NCBI GenBank assembly: GCA_031283585.1
Contig: JAITBP010000002.1
Span: 1 to 32,000, forward strand
From: Puniceicoccales bacterium
GTDB taxonomy: Bacteria > Verrucomicrobiota > Verrucomicrobiia > Opitutales > LL51
Direction of reading: 5' to 3'
Length of the DNA: 32,000 bases
Below the pieces are notes generated by a model. That model had not been told where the DNA came from. It saw only the letters and a list, made by a program, of their open reading frames with translations, and made no database searches. Shown here one piece after another: positions 24,021 to 31,673 of the stretch (the first letter of the stretch is position 1; every line of letters begins with the position of its first letter). The position numbers and the translations under genes were made by a program.

Positions 24021-24048
24021 TTGTTAAAATTTTTTACATTATTATAGT
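24021..24048 (+). promoter_or_regulatory. candidate promoter of paralog A
   Basis: TTGTTA (24021-24026), a 16-nt spacer, then TATAGT (24043-24048). It lies in a 20-nt block (24015-24034) repeated 19/20 upstream of paralog B at the same 45-nt distance from the ATG. Confidence 0.4.
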
Positions 24049-24059
24049 TCATATCTGTT

Positions 24060-24593
24060 ATGGGTGGAATTGGCGATATAAATAATAATAATTATAATTA
24101 TAATGGCGTCAGCTGGACTGGAAGGAGAGAAATTCTTAAAAATAATGGCATCGGTAACTGCTTTTCCAGACTGTTTCTTGCCAGCAAATGGGGCTCAGGG
24201 AAAAATGCCATGAGCGTTGCAATGAGTGGAACAACCGCTATTTCAAATATAAAAACCGGAAGCCTAAAGGAAAAAAAAGCCATAAAATACGGCCAACAAT
24301 TCATACAAAATCTTGTCAACAAATTTAACAGCCCTAATACCACCCCAAAGGAGAAGACTGAAATAGCCAACCAAATTAGGTCGCTAACAGGGAAAAGAGA
24401 AGATGCAAGCATAGGTGTAGATAACCGAACTGAAAATCGATATGATTTTATCACTGACAATAAGTTAAAAGATGATTTAGCAAAGATAGAAAAAGACCCA
24501 TCAATAAGAAAAACTCATGAACAATCTATGACTCAGCAATCAATGAAAGAACTAGCAGCAAAATTAAATAAAGGAAATCCACATCCTAAATAA
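24060..24593 (+). CDS. hypothetical protein, paralog A of a tandem pair
   Basis: Shares collinear blocks with the next gene: 'YNGVSWTGRREILKNNGIGNCFSRLFLA' versus 'YNSLSWSEKRKVLANANVGNWFTRLFLA', and 'FIQNLVNKFN...EKTEIANQIRSLTGKR' versus 'IFQSLVNKYN...EKKEIGTRIKVLLGKK'. No known domain. Confidence 0.55.
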   Translation: MGGIGDINNNNYNYNGVSWTGRREILKNNGIGNCFSRLFLASKWGSGKNAMSVAMSGTTAISNIKTGSLKEKKAIKYGQQFIQNLVNKFNSPNTTPKEKTEIANQIRSLTGKREDASIGVDNRTENRYDFITDNKLKDDLAKIEKDPSIRKTHEQSMTQQSMKELAAKLNKGNPHPK

Positions 24594-24670
24594 TAGAAAG
24601 ATACCTGGCTATGGGGTATCAAAACAAAAAATACCTTAAAAATTCCGTTACTGAATTTTCCTGAGCTGCT

Positions 24671-24700
24671 TCCCTGGGTCTACCAGGGATTCGATTTTTC
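24671..24700 (+). terminator. Rho-independent terminator candidate after paralog A
   Basis: A 7-bp GC-rich stem TCCCTGG (24671-24677) / CCAGGGA (24683-24689) with a 5-nt loop, followed by TTCGATTTTTC. Confidence 0.55.
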
Positions 24701-24799
24701 TAAAAAAGAAGTAACTGACGATCTGAATCATCATTTGGAAGCCTCGTTTTTTTCTTGGAAACTGGCTTTTTTTGCCGGTTTGCCGGAAGTGATTTACTA

Positions 24800-24827
24800 T
24801 TGTCAAAATTTTTCATACTATTATTAT
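24800..24827 (+). promoter_or_regulatory. candidate promoter of paralog B
   Basis: TTGTCA (24800-24805), a 16-nt spacer, then TATTAT (24822-24827). It lies within the duplicated block 24794-24813. Confidence 0.4.
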
Positions 24828-24838
24828 ATTGGATTGCT

Positions 24839-25318
24839 ATGGGATGGATGGGAATTACTGGTAGTAGGCGTAATTATAACAGCCTTTCCTGGTCTGAAAA
24901 GAGAAAGGTACTCGCAAATGCAAACGTTGGGAACTGGTTCACCAGATTATTCCTTGCTATTGGCGACAGACATGAATCAAATACAATGGAACCAATTGCG
25001 AAAAAAGTAGTAGCTTTGACCAGCATCAAGCTATCCGAACGCAAGGTCCATAAAACCATGCATGGGGCAGAGAAAATATTCCAGTCCCTGGTTAATAAAT
25101 ACAATCAATCGGAAAATGAAACCGAAAAAAAAGAGATAGGTACCCGCATAAAAGTCCTACTAGGAAAAAAAGGCAGCAATGCCCAGGAAAATGATCCTCT
25201 AATCTCCATCAGCAATGATAAATTAAGAGAAGACATCGCCAACCTATTGCAAGATATGGCTAAAAACAACGACATGCCAGTCGAAATATTGCGGCCAATG
25301 CAGCCTTTACATAAATAA
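24839..25318 (+). CDS. hypothetical protein, paralog B of a tandem pair
   Basis: Homology to paralog A starts at the 'MG' N-terminus. ATG 24839 was chosen because the promoter-block-to-ATG spacing (45 nt) is identical to paralog A. The upstream extension to 24755 covers the promoter. Confidence 0.55.
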   Translation: MGWMGITGSRRNYNSLSWSEKRKVLANANVGNWFTRLFLAIGDRHESNTMEPIAKKVVALTSIKLSERKVHKTMHGAEKIFQSLVNKYNQSENETEKKEIGTRIKVLLGKKGSNAQENDPLISISNDKLREDIANLLQDMAKNNDMPVEILRPMQPLHK

Positions 25319-25339
25319 AACCCTAGCCTAATAACCAAA

Positions 25340-25415
25340 TGGTGGAGCCGATCGGGTTCGAACCGACGACCTCCACAATGCCATTGTGGCGCTCTTCCAA
25401 CTGAGCTACGACCCC
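25340..25415 (-). tRNA. tRNA-Ala (anticodon GGC), CCA encoded
   Basis: Reverse complement: GGGGTCG-TA-GCTC-AGTTGGAA-GAGC-G-CCACA-ATGGCAT-TGTGG-AGGTC-GTCGG-TTCGAAC-CCGAT-CGGCTCC-A-CCA. It folds as a cloverleaf with the G3:U70 Ala identity pair. Confidence 0.9.
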
Positions 25416-25419
25416 ATTC

Positions 25420-25496
25420 TGGCACACCCCACAGGAGTCGAACCTGCAACCTTCTGATCCGTAGTCAGATGCTCTATCCAATTGAGCTAGGGGTGC
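25420..25496 (-). tRNA. tRNA-Arg (anticodon ACG), CCA encoded
   Basis: Reverse complement: GCACCCC-TA-GCTC-AATTGGATA-GAGC-A-TCTGA-CTACGGA-TCAGA-AGGTT-GCAGG-TTCGACT-CCTGT-GGGGTGT-G-CCA. It resembles bacterial tRNA-Arg(ACG), with a G1:U72 wobble in the acceptor stem. Confidence 0.88.
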
Positions 25497-25552
25497 AACC
25501 AGGTCCTCTAGGCTGTAACAGCCAACGTTTTTGCAAGGCAAATTTTATAACT

Positions 25553-26386
25553 CTAGGATAAGCCATGGATTTTGTATTTAGCCAAAATTTCAAAACTACC
25601 GATATCTTCCCAGTCAAAAGTACCAATAGCCATCAAAAGATCGTCCAATTTTTCAAGCACAGCACGATCAAAAGATATGTTCTTGATCTGGCCATAGGCA
25701 TAGTCTGATCCGGCAACATGGCTTCTAATATTTTCATATATATCATTGGCATGTAGTTTGATTGCCCTGCGGATAGCATATCCGGTGGCTATTATCATGC
25801 CTGTATTCCAAAAGTACTTGCAAGACTTTACATAACTATTTGCAGTTGTTTTATCCGGCTTCTCCACAAATCTATCCACATTAAATATCTTTTCACCAAG
25901 TTCCACCACAGAACCAATTTTAATGTACCCATATTGGGAAGATGAGTCTTTAGGTGATACACCGATAACCGTTATTTTATTGGTAATTGAAGCAAAATCA
26001 ATCGCACTGGTTAAGGTTTCCTTAAACCCGGCCAGGTCATTTATTACAGAATCCGATGGTATAAATACTATTGGCCTAGTCCCAGCCCGATTGCTGAGAA
26101 CCTCATTAGCTAAACAAATGGCCGCAGCGGTATTTCTAGCAAATGGCTCTAATATTATGTTGTCTTTTCGTAACATCGGCAGCTTTTCCATGATCAGCTG
26201 GCTATTTTCTTTGATTGTAGAAATAAATATGTTGGAAACATTGCAGAGCAAAAGCCCTCGCTGGAAAGCTGATTGAATCAATGAAGTCTCATCTATCCTC
26301 AACAAATACTTCGGCCTTTCAGTAGTACTTAGTGGCCATAGGCGTTCGCCAATTCCTCCAGCCAGAATAACAACCAGAACATCCAT
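25553..26386 (-). CDS. sugar-1-phosphate nucleotidyltransferase, mannose-1-phosphate guanylyltransferase-like (N-terminal domain only)
   Basis: 'VVILAGGIGERLWPLSTTERPKYLL' is the GGxGxRLWPLS motif of ManC/CpsB-type enzymes. At 277 aa it lacks the C-terminal cupin/isomerase domain. Confidence 0.8.
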   Translation of the reverse strand: MDVLVVILAGGIGERLWPLSTTERPKYLLRIDETSLIQSAFQRGLLLCNVSNIFISTIKENSQLIMEKLPMLRKDNIILEPFARNTAAAICLANEVLSNRAGTRPIVFIPSDSVINDLAGFKETLTSAIDFASITNKITVIGVSPKDSSSQYGYIKIGSVVELGEKIFNVDRFVEKPDKTTANSYVKSCKYFWNTGMIIATGYAIRRAIKLHANDIYENIRSHVAGSDYAYGQIKNISFDRAVLEKLDDLLMAIGTFDWEDIGSFEILAKYKIHGLS

Positions 26387-26501
26387 AAATCCCCAACACT
26401 GTGCATTATAATACTAATCGGCGTTATTACAGCAATAATATGAATATAGTTGTATATTTTTCTGGACAAAGCGAATAGATAATAGCATAGTGTCAAATGT
26501 G

Positions 26502-27620
26502 ATGAGTTTTAAATCAACCTATGTAGGGATTTTTTATTTGTTATTTACATCAATTGGGCTATGCGTAGAGACTGCCGATGCTGTGGACCTGGATAAAATA
26601 GAGGTCCCGGGTGAAAATTACGATAATGCCCAATCCACGATAGACACTGAGAAATCGATCCAGTCCATTGACCACAAATATGACAAACTTATAACGGCCT
26701 ATGGTTGGTTATCTGGACATAAACTTAACATTACAGAACTGGAATTCACCGACCGAGAGTGGGAATTGTTTATCCAGGGGCTAAGACTCTGCTGTAAAGA
26801 TAAATATCCAAAGATTGAAGGCAGTGATGAAGCGGAACATTACATAGAAAAAAGACGTGAAGAAAATCGCAGGAAAGAATCCGAAGATTATATTAACTAT
26901 CTTTGTAAAAATCATAGTGTGATCAACCTCTGCGATGGGGCATGGTGTGAAATTATTAACAAGGGTGATGAAAAAATGCGACCCAACGACAATTCCATAG
27001 TGACCATAGAGTATATGCTTAGGTCGACAGCCGATAAGGTAACTATCTCTTCGAGGGACCTTCATTATTACCAAGGGTTAAAAGTAGATATTAATTCTCT
27101 TCCAAAAGAATATAATAAAGGATTGAGGTTAGTAGGCAAAGGCGGTTCAATGTGGTTGTACTCTGTAGCAGAGGCTAATCCTGACAATTATGACAACCTA
27201 TGGCCAGATTGGTCAGGTTATAATGGTGACGAATTGGAGTTTAAAAAAGCAATTTTTTCGATTGGGTCTGTCAGAATATCAAGGGTTACTCTGTTGGATG
27301 TGGAACCGTCCAATGGCCAGAAGCCACCTATTACCAAGGCTTTGGATGATTTTGTTTTTTTCTATTTTGATGATAATTTTAATGGTGGTAATGATATGGA
27401 TGACGACATCGGCGATGACGATGACATCGGCGACGACGTTGGCGATGATGTTGATAATGAAAAAGATGATGATTTATTCTCACCGCTCGACGCCAGCCCA
27501 ACAGTAGATGATGGTCTGGAAGATGATGAGGAAGGTGACGATGACGACGTCATATTTCTGCCATCGCCTGCCCAATTATTAAAATCGGCGGCATCAACTG
27601 AGAAAACACCGGCTCCCTAA
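26502..27620 (+). CDS. Mip/FkpA-like secreted protein with a degenerate FKBP domain and a poly-Asp C-terminal tail
   Basis: The signal peptide 'VGIFYLLFTSIGLCVETADA' is followed by an FKBP_N-like region 'ITAYGWLSGHKLN...EFTDREWELFIQGL'. Next is 'CEIINKGDEKMRPNDNSIVTIEYML...GLRLVGKGGSMWLYSV', collinear with Mip 'YKVINAG.G.KP...D.V.VEY.G.L...GL.LM..GS.W.L.IP'. The tail is 'DDDIGDDDDIGDDVGDDVDNEKDDD...EDDEEGDDDD'. Confidence 0.45.
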   Translation: MSFKSTYVGIFYLLFTSIGLCVETADAVDLDKIEVPGENYDNAQSTIDTEKSIQSIDHKYDKLITAYGWLSGHKLNITELEFTDREWELFIQGLRLCCKDKYPKIEGSDEAEHYIEKRREENRRKESEDYINYLCKNHSVINLCDGAWCEIINKGDEKMRPNDNSIVTIEYMLRSTADKVTISSRDLHYYQGLKVDINSLPKEYNKGLRLVGKGGSMWLYSVAEANPDNYDNLWPDWSGYNGDELEFKKAIFSIGSVRISRVTLLDVEPSNGQKPPITKALDDFVFFYFDDNFNGGNDMDDDIGDDDDIGDDVGDDVDNEKDDDLFSPLDASPTVDDGLEDDEEGDDDDVIFLPSPAQLLKSAASTEKTPAP

Positions 27621-27640
27621 CCGGCGATTACTAGAATAGC

Positions 27641-28474
27641 TCAGAGAAGTTGCCTAAGTTCCTTATCCAGTTTTTGCCAGGTCTCAATGGGGACATTTTC
27701 AGGCCTGGACGTATAGTCTATTCCAGATGTTTGAAGTGCTTTTTTAAGAAATGGGCCATCTTCTGCCTCGCATATTTTTAATGTGCTGCCGATCTGTTTC
27801 CTTCTGTAGTTGAACAGGAACCGGATCAAAGATTTGGTTTTCAGAAAAAAAATATAGGGTTGCTCCATTTTTCTCAGGACAAGCAGTGATGAATCCACCT
27901 TTGGCTCGGGATAAAAACATTTTCTTGACACATTATGTATACATTCTATCGAATAGGCCGAGTTCAGAAACAGGGATATTGCACCGAAATTTTTACAATC
28001 GGGGGATGATGTAAATCTGCTAACCGTTTCCCTTTGAAGCATTAACACCATAATTTTTGGTAAAAAATCACGGCCCAGGACACCATCGAGCCAGGCCGTT
28101 GAAATCGCATAGGGTAGGTTTGAAACTATTTTGTAATCAAAAACATCATCCGGCAACCCGGCCACCGGAAACTCCACCGCATCACCATTGAGCAGCGAAA
28201 ACAGCCCATTTTGCGAAAAATTTTTACATAAAAATGAATACAACGCTCTATCATATTCCACAGCAAAGACTTTTGCACCGGCGTCCAGCAAACCCATGGT
28301 AAGAGCTCCGAGGCCAGGACCAATCTCGACCACATTATCGCCGGCCTGGATTCCGGCCAGCTGCACAGATTTTTTTATCATATTCGGATCGATTAGAAAA
28401 TTTTGGCCAAGTCTTTTATTGGGAGCGCAACCGATATCTTTCAACACGGATAGGGTGGATTTCAGGCCAAACAT
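27641..28474 (-). CDS. rsmA: 16S rRNA (adenine1518/1519-N6)-dimethyltransferase
   Basis: 'KRLGQNFLIDPNMIKK', the SAM motif 'VVEIGPGLGALT', and 'IVSNLPYAIST'. The ATG directly follows the surE stop (TAAATG). Confidence 0.9.
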   Translation of the reverse strand: MFGLKSTLSVLKDIGCAPNKRLGQNFLIDPNMIKKSVQLAGIQAGDNVVEIGPGLGALTMGLLDAGAKVFAVEYDRALYSFLCKNFSQNGLFSLLNGDAVEFPVAGLPDDVFDYKIVSNLPYAISTAWLDGVLGRDFLPKIMVLMLQRETVSRFTSSPDCKNFGAISLFLNSAYSIECIHNVSRKCFYPEPKVDSSLLVLRKMEQPYIFFLKTKSLIRFLFNYRRKQIGSTLKICEAEDGPFLKKALQTSGIDYTSRPENVPIETWQKLDKELRQLL

Positions 28475-29278
28475 TTAAAATGTACACAGCTTTCTAATAC
28501 TTATGATAGAATCACTTATGTTGTACTGGGCCAGGCATGACACGTCGCTACCTTCGGAAAAATTCAAGCCACTGAAATCACCCGAAGGGAATTTGAATAT
28601 AAATTTGTCACCAACCAGCTCATACAATGACCCATAGGCTCCAAAGTCCGTGCCATTATTCAGAGTTATATCCGCCAGCCGTGTTTTTTTCACCGGAGTG
28701 GAAGGTTTTGTCGGATATGGAAAATTTACATTATGAAGCTCAACCTTCTTACTCGCAACAAGTTCCGTTGCGATATCAACGGCTATATCGGCAGAAATTT
28801 TTATTACACTCATCAGGCCCGGGTGATTTATATAATCAATCCTGCGCTGTAGATAATGCTCTTTTTGATCCGGAAGTCCTTGGGAAAAAGCGATTGACGG
28901 CACGCCCCAGCAAAAACCTTCCATGGCACCACCAACGGTACCTGAACTGAATATAATTGGGACTGTTATATTTAACCCCCAGTTGATGCCAGAAATAACC
29001 AAATCTGGTTTTTTTTGTAAAAGATTTCCCAGAGCGATGTTCACACAATCGCTCGGCGTACCATTAATCGCCCATGCATTGCAACCACTTAAAGAAACTT
29101 TCCGGGAAAAAAATTCTTTGCTCAATCCCATGGAACGCCCAACACCGCTTTGTTCCTCGCTTGGCGCCACAACAAAAACATCCCAATCATTAGAGACAAA
29201 ACTTTTGACCAACGCCATTAATGCCGCCGAATCGATCCCATCATCATTGGTAATCAACACACTAGCCACCACATCCAA
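28475..29278 (-). CDS. surE: 5'/3'-nucleotidase SurE
   Basis: 'VLITNDDGIDSAAL', 'VVAPSEEQSGVG' and 'VISGINWGLN' are SurE signatures. Confidence 0.9.
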   Translation of the reverse strand: MDVVASVLITNDDGIDSAALMALVKSFVSNDWDVFVVAPSEEQSGVGRSMGLSKEFFSRKVSLSGCNAWAINGTPSDCVNIALGNLLQKKPDLVISGINWGLNITVPIIFSSGTVGGAMEGFCWGVPSIAFSQGLPDQKEHYLQRRIDYINHPGLMSVIKISADIAVDIATELVASKKVELHNVNFPYPTKPSTPVKKTRLADITLNNGTDFGAYGSLYELVGDKFIFKFPSGDFSGLNFSEGSDVSCLAQYNISDSIISIRKLCTF

Positions 29279-29333
29279 TGGTATTCATCGTAAAAATAAT
29301 TGCAATAAAAATACACCTTTGACCTATAAGAAC

Positions 29334-29975
29334 TTATAACAAGCGCAAAAATGTGGACGTGCCGGCGATTATCGATTCAAGGGCTATGCAGATAAGAATC
29401 AGACCTGTAATTTTCTCAATGACACCGAGTACCTTCGGAGTCAACAAGTTAGCAAACTTGCACGAAATAACGAAGGTCAGATAGGACAGGAATATGACAA
29501 ATATCATGGCGGTAAAAAAAACTGCCATACTGGAAAAATTATTTGGAATACTAGACTTTTTGACCAATGTGGCGGTTATTGTGCCCGGACCGGTAAGCAA
29601 AGGCGTCCCGATTGGAGTTATGGCGATATTACCGCTAACCTGTTGTACCGGTTTGCCTTGAGAATCACCAGTCTTTTCTTCTTTAGCTTCTTTAGCTTCT
29701 TTAGCTATTACCATGCCAACAGCTATGGTCAGCAGATACATGCCTCCGCCCACCTGGAAGGCGTGGGTAGATATCCTGAACACCGTCTCCATTATAAAAT
29801 TTCCGGCCACGGCAAACACAATCAGCAATGACCCGGCCACAAGGCAGGCCTGTCTTGAGATACGGATTCGCTCGTCCGGCGTCGCCGTTGGCGTCATTCC
29901 AATCATAATAGCGGCCCCGATAACCGGAGACAAAATAGTATAAATACTGACAGTTGTTTCTACAAACAAGTTCAT
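29334..29975 (-). CDS. MarC-family (UPF0056) integral membrane protein
   Basis: 'IYTILSPVIGAAIMIGMT' and 'FRISTHAFQVGGGMYLLTIAVGMV' match the MarC-family pattern. About 6 transmembrane segments, with a central KEAKEAKEEK loop. Confidence 0.7.
   Translation of the reverse strand: MNLFVETTVSIYTILSPVIGAAIMIGMTPTATPDERIRISRQACLVAGSLLIVFAVAGNFIMETVFRISTHAFQVGGGMYLLTIAVGMVIAKEAKEAKEEKTGDSQGKPVQQVSGNIAITPIGTPLLTGPGTITATLVKKSSIPNNFSSMAVFFTAMIFVIFLSYLTFVISCKFANLLTPKVLGVIEKITGLILICIALESIIAGTSTFLRLL
29679..29705. repeat. perfect 9-bp tandem repeat x3 (TTCTTTAGC) inside the MarC-family gene
   Basis: Read directly from the sequence. It encodes (AKE)3 on the minus strand and is a multiple of 3, so copy-number change stays in frame. 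Confidence 0.95.
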
Positions 29976-30032
29976 TTAGCTTGGACATAATACATCGCCC
30001 AGGACAAAGTCAACGGCATAAGTAGTATTAAA

Positions 30033-31658
30033 TCACCTAATTTTTGACAACAACACACGGTTTATTTTTGAATTATGTCTGACATCGACCGGAAATGCCT
30101 TGCAAAAGAAGAACTTATTTATTTTTTTTGTTTTAGGGTATTTGCTGGCTATTGAACGCAGTTCCATGGAAAATTTTCGCCTTTGCCAAAAGAATCTTGG
30201 AAAAAATCCATGCTTTGGAAGAACTGCAATGGCAGGGGTGATCGTTGTGTAATTTTTACACTTTATCAGAGCAACTCTTTCCACGGCACTATGTTGCATG
30301 AATAGAGGTTCTACACACTCTGGATAGTAAATCTCGTCACCAACCTCGACGCGCTCGGATTTTCTACCACAGAACCATAGCCGGCCTCTTTGGTCAAAAA
30401 ACCCGAGATCACCGGTCCTATGCCAGGTCACGGTGACGTCGTATATTTTAGCCATAGAAGTTTCAAGTTCAAGATCATCATACTCTTCTGTTACAGCGCC
30501 TCCGCTTACAATAATCTCACCGACATGGCCCGTTGGCAGGACCATATCACTCTCCATTAATGGCACCCGGGTATCGACCGATTTTATTACCTTAACATTC
30601 ACGCCATCAACAGGATATCCAACGCAAACACCGGCACCACAGCTTTCCAAATCCGCCACAGAAATTATTTCATCGGCCTCCAGATCACAGATTGGCAGTG
30701 CTTCGGTGGCACCGTAGGGCGTGTGAATTTCCGCATTAGGAGCTATTTTTTTGATCATTTTTACGGTGGCCGCGCCGGCGGAAACCCCGGCCAAAAATAT
30801 GAATCTAAAATCATCCAGTGTTATGCCCCTAATATGACAGTATCTGGCTATCTTCTTCCACAGAATTGGTGACGCAAAACTACTTGTTGCTTTGACAGTT
30901 ATAGCTGCTTGGACAAACTTTTTAGGGTCAAGTTTTGCCGGGCTTGAGGGATCGATTTCCGGCAAAACCGTCGCACGCCCCAGCACCGGATTAAACAGCA
31001 TAAACACTGGCAAAAGTGTCAAATCCACTTCTTTTTCACCGATTTTATACAAATTTTTCAAAATATTCAGCTGGGCCAAAAAATGCCTATGCCTATAAAC
31101 TACGCCCTTCGGAATACCCGTTGAGCCGGATGTAAACAACACAGCGGCAATGGCATCTGGATCAATTATTGCCGGCTTCGGAACCTCCGAAGGCAAAGAT
31201 TTGGCAAAGAGCTTCGATTTTGGAAGAAGCGACCTGATCCCGGGCAATCTATAGAATTTTAACATCATCAGTGCAAATTTTTCACCTATTACAAATTCCG
31301 GCCTGGAATGTTTTGCACAGCTAAAAAATGTCCACGGGCCTATCCCAGGATCTATCAGGATCGGAACAGCTCCCAGGCGTAAAAGTGAAAAAAATACACA
31401 GATGAATTCATAGCTTGGTTTAAGCATCATCAAAATTCGCGAGCCATAGCAAACACCTGCGGCAGAAAGATTAACAATAACCCTGTCGATATCTTGATTT
31501 AGCCTGGAGAATGGAATTTTTTCATAGCTCAACCGCCTAAATAGATCACGCCGTGGAATCATTACGGCCCAGCTGTCCGGCTGGGTTTCGGCCAGTCTGT
31601 CTATCATCTCCGCTATATTAGTGCTTCTACTGCAATGGGTTTTAGTTTTTTCCTTCAC
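30033..31658 (-). CDS. AMP-dependent synthetase/ligase (acyl-CoA or acyl-AMP ligase family)
   Basis: The adenylation motifs are 'LFTSGSTGIPKGVVYRHRHF', 'YGATE' and 'HRTGDLGFFDQRGRLWFCGRKSERV'. The C-terminus carries 'DVRHNSKINR'. The N-terminal homology begins before ATG 31607, so the GTG at 31658 is used. Confidence 0.85.
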   Translation of the reverse strand: MKEKTKTHCSRSTNIAEMIDRLAETQPDSWAVMIPRRDLFRRLSYEKIPFSRLNQDIDRVIVNLSAAGVCYGSRILMMLKPSYEFICVFFSLLRLGAVPILIDPGIGPWTFFSCAKHSRPEFVIGEKFALMMLKFYRLPGIRSLLPKSKLFAKSLPSEVPKPAIIDPDAIAAVLFTSGSTGIPKGVVYRHRHFLAQLNILKNLYKIGEKEVDLTLLPVFMLFNPVLGRATVLPEIDPSSPAKLDPKKFVQAAITVKATSSFASPILWKKIARYCHIRGITLDDFRFIFLAGVSAGAATVKMIKKIAPNAEIHTPYGATEALPICDLEADEIISVADLESCGAGVCVGYPVDGVNVKVIKSVDTRVPLMESDMVLPTGHVGEIIVSGGAVTEEYDDLELETSMAKIYDVTVTWHRTGDLGFFDQRGRLWFCGRKSERVEVGDEIYYPECVEPLFMQHSAVERVALIKCKNYTTITPAIAVLPKHGFFPRFFWQRRKFSMELRSIASKYPKTKKINKFFFCKAFPVDVRHNSKINRVLLSKIR

Positions 31659-31673
31659 AAAAATATAAATTAA

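Noticed and set aside
24060-24080. The 'MG' N-termini of both tandem paralogs, considered as eukaryotic N-myristoylation signals for host-lipidated effectors.
   Set aside because: The positions after Gly2 (GIGD and WMGI) do not fit the preferred MGxxx(S/T) context, and an aromatic residue at position 3 is disfavoured. There is no other support.
24600-24620. The hairpin GATACC-N9-GGTATC just after paralog A.
   Set aside because: It is followed by an A-run, not a T-run, on the plus strand, so it is not a convincing intrinsic terminator. The GC-rich hairpin plus T-tract at 24671-24700 fits better.
24735-25010. The 91-aa ORF, and the extension of paralog B upstream to 24755.
   Set aside because: Homology to paralog A begins exactly at ATG 24839. 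The upstream extension would run across the duplicated promoter block. The 91-aa ORF is in another frame of the same gene.
25511-25523. The hairpin GGCTG-TAA-CAGCC followed by a T-run on the plus strand, between the nucleotidyltransferase gene and tRNA-Arg.
   Set aside because: The T-tract is on the wrong side for the minus-strand genes here. No plus-strand gene ends nearby other than through the antisense of the tRNAs.
25105-25541. Minus-strand ORFs of 114 aa and 72 aa overlapping the tRNA region.
   Set aside because: The sequence folds into two canonical tRNA cloverleaves (Ala-GGC and Arg-ACG). The ORFs are translations of tRNA genes.
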